This document shows positions 1 through 10,300 of a stretch of 64,000 nucleotides of DNA, piece by piece; positions within the stretch are counted from its first letter, which is position 1; each line of letters begins with the position of its first letter. Source of the stretch: Candidatus Kerfeldbacteria bacterium (GTDB lineage: Bacteria; Patescibacteriota; Patescibacteriia; SBBC01; CAIJZX01); the NCBI GenBank assembly GCA_963731735.1, contig CAVSWO010000002.1, positions 529-64,528 of the forward strand. The letters are read 5' to 3'. The notes under the pieces are model-generated. The model saw only the letters and a list, made by a program, of their open reading frames with translations, was not told the origin of the DNA and searched no databases. The position numbers and the translations under genes are program-made.

Positions 1-190
1 ATTCATCTTGATCAAACTTCTTTATAACCTTTGACCAATCAGCGGGTATTAATTCCGCATCGTTGTTTAATAGCATTATGTATCGACCCTTTGAACGTTG
101 AATACCAACATTTGATCCGCCTGAATAACCATGATTCTTTGTTAACAAACATACTGAACTTTCGGAAAAAGTGATTTTATATCTTCCATT
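1..190 (-). pseudogene. Fragment of a family-2 glycosyltransferase (middle region with G-S-N-V-G / KGRYIMLLNNDAEL motifs). It runs off the window start, and its upstream part is cut by an in-frame stop near 190.
   Basis: Manual minus-strand translation of 1-190 gives ...GYSGGSNVGIQRSKGRYIMLLNNDAELIPADWSKVIKKFDQDE. Region is ~35% GC versus ~57% for the window. Confidence 0.4.
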
Positions 191-345
191 CCTTTTTCTG
201 TCGATGCGTTGTCAACAACAATAATTTCAAAAGAATATATGTTTGAAGAATATATTGAATATAGGCACCGTTGAAGTAAAATAAAATTATTATAATTAAC
301 AATAACAAGGCTTACTAACAATTCTGCAGATTGTAGTGAGTTACT

Positions 346-660
346 TTACTCACGCAATGCTAATTTTCGAGTCAACTCCTCCAAGCGTCTATCAGTGCGA
401 CGTACAATAACGTAATTTCGAAACGTTGCTCCAAAAAGTATTAAAATCCCACCAGCCGTCAACAAATCAAACACCCTTGTAAAATGAAGTTTTTCGATGA
501 CGTAGCTTGTTGGCCCCGGTAATAATACAACCGCCGCTAGCCCGACCCATATAATCTGCCAAAAAGAAAACTCCCAAATGGAAAACTCTCGTGCCTATAG
601 TGTAAGAAAGAAAAGTAAGTCATCCATAACACAAAAAGCAATGCAATAATTTGAATCGCG
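346..660 (-). pseudogene. DUF2304-like small three-TM membrane protein (the usual partner of DPM1-like GT2), disrupted by a +1 frameshift.
   Basis: From the ATG at 660 the frame gives MNAIQIIALLFVLWMTYFSFLHYRHESFPFGSFLFGRLYGSG then stops. The next frame continues LAAVVLLPGPTSYVIEKLHFTRVFDLLTAGGILILFGATFRNYVIVRRTDRRLEELTRKLALRE. AT-rich. Confidence 0.4.
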
Positions 661-661
661 T

Positions 662-1321
662 TCATAGAATTCTCCAGGCTAACATATTAATAATTATTCT
701 TATACCATCAATAATGGTCGTGCCTTTATAATTGTCATGGTAGATGGTGGCAACTGGAACCTGAGAAAATGGTACTTTGTGTTTACCAGCATTCACAATC
801 ATTTCTGTTTCAACTGAGTATCGCGCCGAGAGCCAATTAATTTTATCGAATGCCGAAAGCGACAAAGCACGATAACCAGATTGAGTGTCCTCAACTTGTA
901 TTCGAAACAATAGTTGCATGGCTTTTGTTAAAAAAATATTCCCTAATCTAGCAACCAATGGCATCCTTCCGTGAAACTTTCTAATACCAAAAACTATTGC
1001 TGCCCTTCTTTCTTCAATAGGTTTCAACAAGCTTGGAATCTCGTTAGGATCGTGCTGTCCATCCGCATCAATAAATATTGCTGTATCAAAGCCCTGTTGT
1101 GTAGCCCAAACTACGCCCGTTTTTAACGCAGCGCCTTTTCCTAGATTGATAATATGTCGTAGAATATGGACTCGTGAATTTATAGGTAAAGCATCGTGTA
1201 AAGGTATTCGTGAACCATCGTCAATGATAACCACCTGATCAACATACTTCAACGAACCTTCAATTACTGATGGAAGGTGCTTGTTTTCGTTCAGGGCTGG
1301 AATAATAGCTACAGTTTTCAT
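662..1321 (-). CDS. Family-2 glycosyltransferase, dolichyl/polyprenyl-phosphate sugar transferase (DPM1-like).
   Basis: Protein MKTVAIIPALNE...IIDDGS...FIDADGQHDP has GT2 DxD motifs. Start taken at the internal MKT of the track ORF 662..1348, giving a 4-bp overlap with the next gene. Confidence 0.8.
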   Translation of the reverse strand: MKTVAIIPALNENKHLPSVIEGSLKYVDQVVIIDDGSRIPLHDALPINSRVHILRHIINLGKGAALKTGVVWATQQGFDTAIFIDADGQHDPNEIPSLLKPIEERRAAIVFGIRKFHGRMPLVARLGNIFLTKAMQLLFRIQVEDTQSGYRALSLSAFDKINWLSARYSVETEMIVNAGKHKVPFSQVPVATIYHDNYKGTTIIDGIRIIINMLAWRIL

Positions 1322-2244
1322 GCCAGGTAGTTTTCTGCCCACTCCCACGTCTGTACCAACCCTTGATCAAGTCTGACTTCCGGTGTCCATTTCAACTGCT
1401 TCTTCGCCTTTTTCCAGTCCAACGCACTTTTCATCACCTCTCCCGGTAAAGCCAATCGGTGCTTTACCTTTGCTTTCATTTTCGCCGCCTTCATTATTGC
1501 TACAGCTAACGCGTTGACTGATGTCTGTCGACCGGTTCCGATATTAACCTGTCCGTTCACGTTGCTGCGCATAGCGGCTAGATTTGCATTGACCACATCC
1601 GCCACATAGACATAATCCCGCGTCTGCCGCCCGTGACCATTAACCCACAATGGTTGGCCGCGTAAGAGTTGTTGGGCAAAGATTGCCACCACACCGGCTT
1701 CACCTTTCGGGTCTTGTCGTGGACCGTAGACGTTCGCGTACCGGAGGCTAAGAGATGAGAGTTTTTTCACTTGCTCGTAGAATTCAAGGTATTTGTCGAT
1801 CGCCAGTTTGGCAATGCCATAGGGAGCCTCAGGGCGTTCCTGGGCGCTTTCTGGGGTAGGAATTGGCTGGTAATCACCATAAATTGCCCCACCGGTAGAA
1901 GAAAAGATAAAACGCTTTACCTTGGCATCCACACAAGCCTCTAATAAGTTCAGTGTCCCTAGGACATTGACTTTGGCATCAAAGATTGGGTCCTCAATTG
2001 AAGTGCGAACATTTTTTTGTGCCGCAAGATGAAATACTATTTGCGGGCGAATTTTTTTGACAATTGTTGATAGCTTCAACGATCGAATATCAAGTTTGTG
2101 CAATTTGGCACTGGATTGAAGATTCTTTCGCTTGCCGGAAGACAAATCATCAATCACCTGGACTGCATGACCTTTTTGAATCAAAGCATCAACGAGATGT
2201 GACCCGATAAATCCTGCTCCCCCGGTGACGAGGATTCGACTCAT
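1318..2244 (-). CDS. NAD-dependent epimerase/dehydratase (UDP-sugar 4-epimerase-like, short-chain dehydrogenase/reductase (SDR) fold).
   Basis: N-terminal ILVTGGAGFIGSHL Rossmann motif, 308 aa, and the YxxxK region. Confidence 0.85.
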   Translation of the reverse strand: MSRILVTGGAGFIGSHLVDALIQKGHAVQVIDDLSSGKRKNLQSSAKLHKLDIRSLKLSTIVKKIRPQIVFHLAAQKNVRTSIEDPIFDAKVNVLGTLNLLEACVDAKVKRFIFSSTGGAIYGDYQPIPTPESAQERPEAPYGIAKLAIDKYLEFYEQVKKLSSLSLRYANVYGPRQDPKGEAGVVAIFAQQLLRGQPLWVNGHGRQTRDYVYVADVVNANLAAMRSNVNGQVNIGTGRQTSVNALAVAIMKAAKMKAKVKHRLALPGEVMKSALDWKKAKKQLKWTPEVRLDQGLVQTWEWAENYLA

Positions 2245-3278
2245 GCTTCGTTATCACTATACCCTAACGACCCTAAGCCGACTGATCGTAAGCCGCGCAT
2301 ATATTCAATCGTCCGTTTTAAGCCTTCATCCAGCGGCACGACCGGAAACCAGCCCAGTTTCTCGCGAGCTTGCCGGATGGCCGGGATCCCCTGCTTGGTG
2401 GAATACTCCAGCGGAAGTTCGTGACGGATATCCGGCCGAGAGCCGGCCAAGGAAGTAACTTGCTCAGCCACCTGCTGAAAGGTGTGCTCTTCCGGATTCC
2501 CTAAGTTGATTGGCCCGAGTTCATGCGATTGCATCATGCGGGTAATGCCCTCTATCGCGTCGGTAATGAACAGGAATGAGCTAATACTGGTCGGATCGCC
2601 GTGAATCTGGATAGGTTGGTTCTGCAGAGCCATCCGAATAAACTCCGGAATCATTCGACCGTCGTCCAGGCGCATCCGCGGACCGTAGGTATTAAAGAGA
2701 CGGACTATTTTCGCCTCCAATTTGAAACGTTGTCGGTAAGCCACCGTCAGCGCTTCGGCGAAGCGTTTGCCTTCCTGATACGGGGACTTGGGTCCGATCG
2801 GATCAACATAGCCCCAATAGTTTTCCGGGAAGGGCGTTTTTTCCACCGGCTCGCCGTAAATGCTGCCGGTCGACAGCAGTAAAAACTTAGCCCCGAATTT
2901 TTTGGCCATCTCGAGTCCATGGTGCGTCCCGCGAGCGTTGGCCAATAGAGTTTCAACGGTCAACTTGGCGTAATCTTTGGGAGACGACGGGGTGGCGAGA
3001 TGATAAATCTCCTGAATTCCCTGAAACGGCACCTGGAAAGCTTTGAGTTCCTTGAGTTGCTCAAGGTCAATCGGTTCGGTTACATCATGCCGCACGAATT
3101 CGAAATTTGGATTTGGCAGCAGGTGATGAATATTTTCTTCCTGGCCGGTGCTGAAATTATCAATGCAAATGACTTTATGTTTTTGGACCAGGGTGTCGCA
3201 CAGATGGGAACCTAAAAACCCGGCACCGCCGGTAACCACGACGTTCTTTTTTGAAAATGGCGCTTGATGGGTGGTCAT
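2241..3278 (-). CDS. NAD-dependent sugar dehydratase/decarboxylase, UDP-glucuronate decarboxylase (UXS)-like.
   Basis: VVVTGGAGFLGSHLCDTLV...VICIDNFSTG is typical of UXS / dTDP-glucose-dehydratase-like SDRs. 345 aa. Confidence 0.8.
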   Translation of the reverse strand: MTTHQAPFSKKNVVVTGGAGFLGSHLCDTLVQKHKVICIDNFSTGQEENIHHLLPNPNFEFVRHDVTEPIDLEQLKELKAFQVPFQGIQEIYHLATPSSPKDYAKLTVETLLANARGTHHGLEMAKKFGAKFLLLSTGSIYGEPVEKTPFPENYWGYVDPIGPKSPYQEGKRFAEALTVAYRQRFKLEAKIVRLFNTYGPRMRLDDGRMIPEFIRMALQNQPIQIHGDPTSISSFLFITDAIEGITRMMQSHELGPINLGNPEEHTFQQVAEQVTSLAGSRPDIRHELPLEYSTKQGIPAIRQAREKLGWFPVVPLDEGLKRTIEYMRGLRSVGLGSLGYSDNEA

Positions 3279-3985
3279 AGTTTGTTTGGATAATGTCCGC
3301 GGAGTTGATACCAGCGGATTCTAACAATGTCGAGTAAGGTATTCAGGTAATCCCAACCGGCAACTTTACTTTGGGAGTCGTTCAGCCAGCGCACCGGGAG
3401 TTCCAGCAGACGGAAGCCGAATCGACGGGCCAGCCAGAGCAGTTCGAAGTCGAAACCGAATCGGTTGAGTTGCTGGGCGGTAAAGATCGGTTGGGTGCGG
3501 GCCGCAAAGAGTTTAAACCCGCATTGACTATCGCGCACCCCCGGCACCAGCAAGCCTTGAATCAGGAAGTTGCCGAGCTGCCCGAGCAGAACTTTCCACC
3601 AGGCTTGCCGTCGCGCCACCTCGGCTCCGGTGATTCGACGTGAACCAAGGAGAATATCGGCCTGGCCGCGCTGATCCCAGAATCGGCCAAGCTCTTCAAT
3701 CGGCGTCGAAAGATCGGCGTCAGTCAGCAGGCGCCAATCGCCGCGGGCGGCTAACATGCCGGTTCGAACCGCCGCACCTTTGCCGCGATTGTGCTGATGG
3801 TGAATCAGACGAATTTCCAGGCCAGCCGAACGGACGCGTTCAGCGGTGGCATCCGTCGACCCGTCATCAACCACGACGATCTCAGCGGTCCAGGGCTGGG
3901 TTTCAAGGTACGACCGAATTCGGCGCAAACTTTGGGGTAGCCGTTCGGCTTCGTTATAGGCGGGAATGACGATTGATAAATCCAT
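3275..3985 (-). CDS. Family-2 glycosyltransferase.
   Basis: MDLSIVIPAYNEAERL...VVDDGSTD...DADLS motifs. 236 aa. Confidence 0.85.
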   Translation of the reverse strand: MDLSIVIPAYNEAERLPQSLRRIRSYLETQPWTAEIVVVDDGSTDATAERVRSAGLEIRLIHHQHNRGKGAAVRTGMLAARGDWRLLTDADLSTPIEELGRFWDQRGQADILLGSRRITGAEVARRQAWWKVLLGQLGNFLIQGLLVPGVRDSQCGFKLFAARTQPIFTAQQLNRFGFDFELLWLARRFGFRLLELPVRWLNDSQSKVAGWDYLNTLLDIVRIRWYQLRGHYPNKL

Positions 3986-4049
3986 GGACAGCTGAGCTTC
4001 GCCAATAATACAGCACCGCTCGAGACTATACTATACTGAAAAACCGCGC

Positions 4050-4517
4050 CTAACGCAAATCTTCAGGTTCAAGTCCCCCGCCGGTCACGCCCCCGAAGGT
4101 CCAGAACTTATTGGCAAAGAAATTCCAGAAGACCACGATCGTCACGGCCATGAAAAAGGCCACCAAGTCATGCAGGCCGAGTTGATGGTGGAGGAGATAG
4201 ATGATGGATTCAGACAATCCGAGGCCAATCAAGTTGACCGTAAAAAACTTCGCGTACTGGCGAGCATAGGCCCGGTGTTGGTCGCGGAACGTCCAGGATT
4301 TGTTGAGGATGAAGCTGACCGTCACCGCCACCACAAACGCCCCGGCGTTGGCGATCAACGGATCCCAACCGACCCACCGCGTCAGCAGCAGGTAAAAACT
4401 GACGCTGGTCAAGGTATTGATCACCCCGACCATCGCGAACTTAATAAACTGTCGCAAACCCGGACGGCGATGAATAAACGGATGTGATCGGACGCGATGG
4501 ACCAGGCGCTGCACCAT
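4050..4517 (-). CDS. GtrA-family membrane protein (flippase-associated).
   Basis: FIKFAMVGVINTLTSVSFYLLL...NKSWTFR is the GtrA signature. Start chosen at the internal MVQRL so it does not overlap the upstream gene. Confidence 0.7.
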   Translation of the reverse strand: MVQRLVHRVRSHPFIHRRPGLRQFIKFAMVGVINTLTSVSFYLLLTRWVGWDPLIANAGAFVVAVTVSFILNKSWTFRDQHRAYARQYAKFFTVNLIGLGLSESIIYLLHHQLGLHDLVAFFMAVTIVVFWNFFANKFWTFGGVTGGGLEPEDLR

Positions 4518-4518
4518 A

Positions 4519-6889
4519 CTAGCGTAAACCTCCGAGACTTGAGCCACGACCGTCGGTAAACAGATCGTACTGTTTATACAAGTGTCCATCCAGCGTCCAA
4601 TACTGCGCGAAGGTTGCTCCAGTCTTCCCAACCGCCACCAGTTCATCGTACCCGTCCTGATCAACATCTAACCCAAAGATGTCCATTTCGCCGTGGTAGC
4701 GACCGGTATACAAGCGCCAACTGGCCTTGACGACGCCGTGGAGGGTGGTCAAAAAGACCGGCGCGTTCCCGCCGCCTTCGCGCGGCGTGACGATTATTTC
4801 TTGATTACCGTCCCCATCCAGATCGCCGGTCGTGACCGCAAAACCGCCCGTCCATTTGCTCCCTAGCGGTGAGAAAACGCTGATGCGTTGATGTTGCCAG
4901 TTATAAACGCGAACTTCATGGCCGTGGCTCATGGTCACAATTAATTCATCCACCCCATCGCCGTCAATATCCCCGCTGGCCAGTTCCAGGCCGCCCCGAT
5001 AGTGCGCGTAGAGCGTCTGGCTGTCGGTCAGCCGGCCCTGATCATCATACCAGCGGAGCTGGGCGTCTTCGGATCGGGTGGCCACCGCCAGTTGCCCTTG
5101 ACCCGGTCGACGCAGCACGGCCGCGTCAATACTGCCGCGATAGTTCGAACCAAATGGCACCAGGTTGTGGATTTGTTGCCCTTGGGTCGATAAAATTTTC
5201 ACCGAAGTGCCGAAGTATTGTCCGGTCGCGATGATCCGAATGGTCCCATCGTTATCCAATGGCCCGGCCGCCACCTGGACAACGGCTGATTGCAACTGCG
5301 CCGGCCAAGCGCGGAAAAAGGCTGGGTCGGGCCGGTAGAAGCGGATGCCCGGGTCGGCGCTGGTTTGCCCAATGATAATCACGGGTCGTCGATAGCGCCA
5401 TGTGAATGTCCGGGCCGCCGAGGTTTGCCCGCGCGCGTCAACCGTTTGGACGGCCACCTGATAGACGCCTTCGGAATCAAGGGTCGGCGTCAGGCTGGTG
5501 GCGACTTGCTGGACCGCTGTTCCGAGGGCACCAATTTTACCCCACTGCACCAAGTAGGTGGCGCCCGTCGGACCGCTCCAGGTAAACCTGGGTTGGGCGT
5601 ACGGGTACGATTCATTTTGCTGGAGCAGCCGCGTTGTCGGAGCGGGCGAATACCCGACGAAAGAATTCGGCGGCGACGGAGCGCTGGCGCTGCAGCCGGC
5701 CGCCGCCAAGGCCGCATCCACCTGAATTAGGCCGTACCCATATTGACTGTCCCAGCCGCTGCTGCCGAGATCACGAGCGGTGGATTCCAGATACCCGATG
5801 ACCGAGCCGCTGGCGGCTCCACAGGCTTCCAGCAGAGCCGCCGCCGCGCTTACCTGAGCAGTGGCTTGCGAGGTTCCCGAGTACAGAGCCGTCCCGAAGG
5901 CGGTACAGGCGGAGGTGGTGCAGGTTTGCTGCGGAATGCCGTCCATGTAGCCATCACTATTTTGATCGACCAATAAATTCCCACCCGGGGCCATCAAATC
6001 GAGTTGGGACCCCACGTCCGAATACGGCGCCCGGGTATTGTCATACTGGGTGGCGCCGACCGCCACCACTTCGCGATAGGCGGCCGGATAGTCAATTGCT
6101 CCCCCGCCCCCATTCCCGGCCGCCGCCATGATCAAGATGCCTTTGGCGGCGGCGGCCTGCAGGGCGGCCTGCAGGACCGGATCGTCATCGTTACCACCCA
6201 GGCTCAAGTTGATAATATCAGCTCCATGCGCAGCCGCGTAATTGACCGCGGCGGCGATGGTCGTAGTGGTGCCGTTGCCCGCGCTGTTGAGGACTTTGAG
6301 CGGCATAATGGTAGTTTCAAATGCCAGGCCGGCGGCCGCCAGGCTATTGTTGGTAGATTCTGCAATCGTGCCGGTAATATGCGTACCGTGCCCGTTGTCA
6401 TCATTCGGATGGGCGTCCGAATTCACAAAATCCCAACCGTTCCGGTCATCAACATAGCCGTCACCGTCATCATCAATTCCGTTCCCGCGCGATCTCACCA
6501 CGATTGACCCAAAAATGTGTCTGCGCTAAATCAGGCGCTTGCACAAAGCTCCCGGAATTTTCGAACGCCACGCCGGTATCAAGGACGGCCACGACGATAC
6601 TCGGATCACCGCCGTATTTTGGACTGATCGTATCAGCCTCCCAGGCACTGCTCGAACCGACCGCTGAAAAATTCCATTGCAAACTATAATCCGGATCATT
6701 CGGTGTAAACGAAGCATGGTAATACCGTTCCGGCTGTGGAGCCTGGGTAGCAGCGTCGAGGGTAACCAAGCGGCCATCTGGCAAGCGGGCAATGCCGGGC
6801 AGGCCAATCACCGGTTCGGGTGCCGCCGCCTGCGCGACACTGACGGTCAGCCATACGGCGGTGGCGGCAACCAGGATTCTCCAGACCAT
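4519..6889 (-). CDS. Secreted S8-family subtilisin-like serine peptidase with FG-GAP/VCBS-like beta-propeller repeats at the C-terminus. The reading frame is broken by an apparent 1-nt frameshift around 6473-6501.
   Basis: ORF 6473..6889 carries the signal peptide and VAVLDTGV (catalytic Asp). ORF 4519..6501 carries DDNGHGTH (catalytic His), a GTS-type Ser region and repeated GD/DGDG modules. The two ORFs overlap in a CGCGCG run. Confidence 0.7.
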
Positions 6890-6891
6890 AT

Positions 6892-8043
6892 TTACAAGCC
6901 TCCCAGCTGGACGGTCACCGACCGGGTTTGTCCGTCTCGAAGGACGGTCAAAGTCAGGCTGTCACCCGGATGGTGTGCCAGCAACCAACTGAACGGATCG
7001 CCCGTCGGCGTTTGGCCGTCAACTTGGGTAATCACATCGCCGGCTTGGATAGCAGCCCCGGCCGCCGGGCTGCCATCAGTCACGGCCGGACTCGCGTCTG
7101 TGCCGCCGACTAACCAACCACTGGCGGTTGGATCACCGTCGACAATCGCTAACTGCCGGTCAAGCGTCCGGAGTCCGAGTTGCGGGCGCTCAATCACATG
7201 CTGTTGGAGCAGGGGTTTCAAAACTGGATCAATCACCGCCGTCGGCCAAACGCGTTGATCATCTCCAAGTAACCCAACCACTTGCCCGCTCCGATCAATC
7301 ACCGGCGATCCGACCGGCCAGGCCACTGTGGTCGCCAGTTGGTACCACCAATTCAGCTGATCGCTGGATTGCCAGGTATCCTGGTCCAGGCCGACGATCC
7401 GAGCCGGCAGCAACCTGGGTTGCCGAGGCTGGGATTGGATCACCCAAACATTCGGATCGGCCACCGCGGCTCTGGGGGTCAGCACTTTGGCCGAGGTCGT
7501 ACTCGAGGAAGCAATATTGAAAAAACGAAACGGCGTGCCGAGATCATCAACCGTAGTTTGCACCACCTGCGGTTGACCGGTCGGCGGGACAATCACCAGC
7601 GGAGTATCGGCCGGCAAATCACGCTTGAGTCCGACGTACCAGCCGTTACTGCTCAGCGGGACGACGCTCAGTAAGCCATCGCCGGCCGTGTATACGCTGC
7701 CGGCTTCTTTGGCAACCGCCAGCATACCAATCTGATCGGCAAAACCGCGCACCGTTGACGGAGCGGTCACCGGAGCGGCACTGCTATTGCGGATAACGGT
7801 GGTGGTCGTGCCGGCTGGCCACCAATTCGCCAGCCAGGAATCCGGGTAGCGTTGAATGATCGCGCCCAGCGCCACCAAGATCATCCCGCTGGTTACCAAA
7901 CCGATGGCCACCACCAAGAGCACGAACCTGCCCCAGGGCGTTCGCGGCGGCCGCACAAACGGCTGATCAGACCAGACCTGTTTCAGCTGTTGATCGGTCT
8001 TGAGTCGTTCTTTGGGAGCGGTCGGAGCGGGTTTGACTACCAT
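6892..8043 (-). CDS. Membrane-anchored HtrA/DegP-like trypsin-fold protein with a C-terminal PDZ domain; the catalytic motif may be degenerate.
   Basis: Single N-terminal TM, a GSPVIDRSGQVVGLL region resembling GNSGGP...GxVVGI, and a C-terminal AIQAGDVITQVDG...LTLTVLRDG PDZ-like segment. Confidence 0.5.
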   Translation of the reverse strand: MVVKPAPTAPKERLKTDQQLKQVWSDQPFVRPPRTPWGRFVLLVVAIGLVTSGMILVALGAIIQRYPDSWLANWWPAGTTTTVIRNSSAAPVTAPSTVRGFADQIGMLAVAKEAGSVYTAGDGLLSVVPLSSNGWYVGLKRDLPADTPLVIVPPTGQPQVVQTTVDDLGTPFRFFNIASSSTTSAKVLTPRAAVADPNVWVIQSQPRQPRLLPARIVGLDQDTWQSSDQLNWWYQLATTVAWPVGSPVIDRSGQVVGLLGDDQRVWPTAVIDPVLKPLLQQHVIERPQLGLRTLDRQLAIVDGDPTASGWLVGGTDASPAVTDGSPAAGAAIQAGDVITQVDGQTPTGDPFSWLLAHHPGDSLTLTVLRDGQTRSVTVQLGGL

Positions 8044-8047
8044 ATAT

Positions 8048-8884
8048 TTATACCCAGCGGGCGGTGATCAACACGGCCATGATTATCGAAAGTCCGACCG
8101 TCAAATATCGGCGGCCGCGGCCGGGTTCCCAGGTTTGTAACCAAATATGCCGGAGCGTCTGGGCCCAGAGGGTGACCAAGGTGGCGGCCAGAATCCCGCC
8201 CACGAATACGACTGTCGGCAGCCACCAGGTCGCCAGCATGATCTCAAAACCCAAAATCACCGCCAACCACAGATGGCGACGGCTGACATGCCAAGGAACG
8301 CCCGAGGTTTGCCAAATAATGACCGACATCGCGCCGGTCAGCAACGCCCCGCTGATGGCCAGCCACCACCAAGGCCAGATAAAAAATATTCCAATCCCAA
8401 AGCTCAAGAAGGTGATCCAGCCGAAGAAGACCGTCAGCGCCGCGACCACATTAATCAGCCGGCCGGCCAAGACGTCATCCGGATCCCGACGGATTGTTAG
8501 GACGGCCGCAAAAAAAATGCCCGAGGCGGCCAAAATAACGTATTGCCAAATCGCCAGGCTGATAACGCTGACCGCCGCTCCCGACGACAATAAAAATAGC
8601 AGGCTGATAATCGCTAACCAGCCCGGACGCTTGCCCGGCCACTGCCGCCAAATCAGCAACGGAAATATGATGCTCAAAAATCCGGTTACCCAAAGGCCAA
8701 ATCGTGGAAGACTGATCATCAGATACAACGCGATCATCCACAGCATCCCGGCCCACGGCCAAAATCGAACCAAAGAGGTTTGGAATGAACGGGCTGACGA
8801 CAAAACTGCCATAGCCCTAGTATACCACAAATCACCCCGATCCACGGCACCATTGATAGTCTTGTAGAGAAGCAGGCAGCGCAC
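8048..8884 (-). CDS. Polytopic Trp-rich integral membrane protein, function unknown.
   Basis: 278-aa ORF with at least 7 hydrophobic segments, co-oriented with its neighbours. The overlapping plus-strand ORF 8064..8867 is low-complexity and Arg/Pro-rich. Confidence 0.5.
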   Translation of the reverse strand: MRCLLLYKTINGAVDRGDLWYTRAMAVLSSARSFQTSLVRFWPWAGMLWMIALYLMISLPRFGLWVTGFLSIIFPLLIWRQWPGKRPGWLAIISLLFLLSSGAAVSVISLAIWQYVILAASGIFFAAVLTIRRDPDDVLAGRLINVVAALTVFFGWITFLSFGIGIFFIWPWWWLAISGALLTGAMSVIIWQTSGVPWHVSRRHLWLAVILGFEIMLATWWLPTVVFVGGILAATLVTLWAQTLRHIWLQTWEPGRGRRYLTVGLSIIMAVLITARWV

Positions 8885-9091
8885 GGTTCAATTGGCTCAA
8901 CTGGCAAGGAATACCTGGTGAGGGCGTTTTCTTTGCCAACGAGTCCTGGGAGACAATTTCAAACCGTGATGCACCGCCCCTCTACAAAAACACCACTCTG
9001 GGGACAGGGCTCGAATTGTAACGAGCTACGAGTGGAGTATCGTTCCGGCCCGAAAGACTGCGGGCGTAAGAAAATATTCAGTTGTACCTGT

Positions 9092-9119
9092 AGTATACCG
9101 CGATAATTCGGGGTGTCAA
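9092..9119 (-). promoter_or_regulatory. Sigma-70-type promoter TTGACA-N16-TATACT, about 200 nt upstream of the membrane-protein gene.
   Basis: The minus strand reads cTTGACAccccgaattatcgcggTATACTa. Confidence 0.5.
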
Positions 9120-9143
9120 GACCGAATGTGGACAGCTTGAGCC

Positions 9144-10022
9144 TTATTGTTCTAGCCGAATATGGGCGCCCCGCTGGGTCACAATTTTATGGTTTTTTAG
9201 GGCCCGAATCAGACCCGTCAGCCGCCGCAAAGGCAGCGGTCCAAATTGCTGCAGATCTTGATGAAGGCGCGGAAGTGTTTGATGCGGATGTGCCAGCAGC
9301 CGTGCCACAATTCTGCCCCGCCAAAACCGGTCTGAATCCTTGAACCTGGCCTGGCTGGAAATGTTCGGCAGTTTGGTCTGGCGGATGGCCGGATACGCCC
9401 GGCAATCGGCTTGGAGCGGACACCGTTCGCACCTTGGACGACGCTGAACACAGATCGTCGCCCCCAGATCCATCAGAGCATGCTGCCAGGTATCCGGTGC
9501 CCGCCTCGGCACCAGCTGATCAACCACGGTTTGGAGTTTTTTTTGCGTCGGCGCGCCGGCTACGCCAAACTCCACCCGACCGATTACGCGCCGAACATTC
9601 GTATCAATCAACCCGACCGGTTGACGAAAGGCGAAGGCCAGTAAAGCCTTGGCCGTGTACTCCCCGATGCCCGGCAAGGCCCGTAGCTGATCGTAGGTCT
9701 GGGGAAATTCGCGATTGTTCGTTTGGCTCAGCACTTTGGCCGCTTCGCGCAGGTGCAGGGCCCGACGATTGTAGCCGAGTCCGGACCAGGCTCGCAAAAC
9801 CTTGACCAGGGGCGCTCGAGCCAAGCTCTGAACATCCGGAAATTGTTTGAGCCAAGCGCGATACTTCGGGATGACCCGGTCAACTTGTGTTTGCTGAAGC
9901 ATCACTTCCGAAATCCAAATCGCGTACGGATCGCGAGTGGTTCTCCATGGTAAATCCCGCCGATGACGTGCGTACCAACCTAACAGACGTTTTTGGATGC
10001 GGCGAGTTCGCGGCTTGACCAT
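9144..10022 (-). CDS. mutY: A/G-specific adenine DNA glycosylase MutY.
   Basis: HhH-GPD motifs (LPGIGEYTAKALLAFAF), a 4Cys cluster (CVQRRPRCERCPLQADC) and an N-terminal LLGWYARHRRDLPWR. Start taken at the internal MVKPRTRR. Confidence 0.85.
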   Translation of the reverse strand: MVKPRTRRIQKRLLGWYARHRRDLPWRTTRDPYAIWISEVMLQQTQVDRVIPKYRAWLKQFPDVQSLARAPLVKVLRAWSGLGYNRRALHLREAAKVLSQTNNREFPQTYDQLRALPGIGEYTAKALLAFAFRQPVGLIDTNVRRVIGRVEFGVAGAPTQKKLQTVVDQLVPRRAPDTWQHALMDLGATICVQRRPRCERCPLQADCRAYPAIRQTKLPNISSQARFKDSDRFWRGRIVARLLAHPHQTLPRLHQDLQQFGPLPLRRLTGLIRALKNHKIVTQRGAHIRLEQ

Positions 10023-10102
10023 CGGCCTAGTATACCGTAGCCGGCAGCCGGGACAAAACCAAAACCCGCCGGGAATACCAGCGGGCATTGGGTCTAAGAT
10101 CC

Positions 10103-10300
10103 TTAGAACTGGCGCGGACCGCCACCGAAGTTCTTTCGGGGCTTGTGTTCGCGGCAGTACACCGGACGTGCGGGGGTTCCGTCGTCGTTCATCGCGGGCT
10201 GAAACGGCAGCTCGTTGATCGCGGTGCCACATTCGGCACACTTGAGATTGAGCGAGCTGACATCAACCATCGGACGAGGACCGCCCTGTTGAAACGCCAT
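10103..10300 (-). CDS. Small zinc-ribbon protein (CxxC...CxxH).
   Basis: 65-aa ORF with CAECGTAINELPF...VYCREH. An SD-like gaaagg lies upstream. Confidence 0.4.
   Translation of the reverse strand: MAFQQGGPRPMVDVSSLNLKCAECGTAINELPFQPAMNDDGTPARPVYCREHKPRKNFGGGPRQF

Noticed and set aside
8064-8867. 267-aa plus-strand ORF antisense to the membrane-protein gene.
   Set aside because: Arg/Pro/Lys-rich low-complexity translation with no motif; typical of antisense frames in GC-rich DNA. The minus-strand TM protein is the coherent reading.
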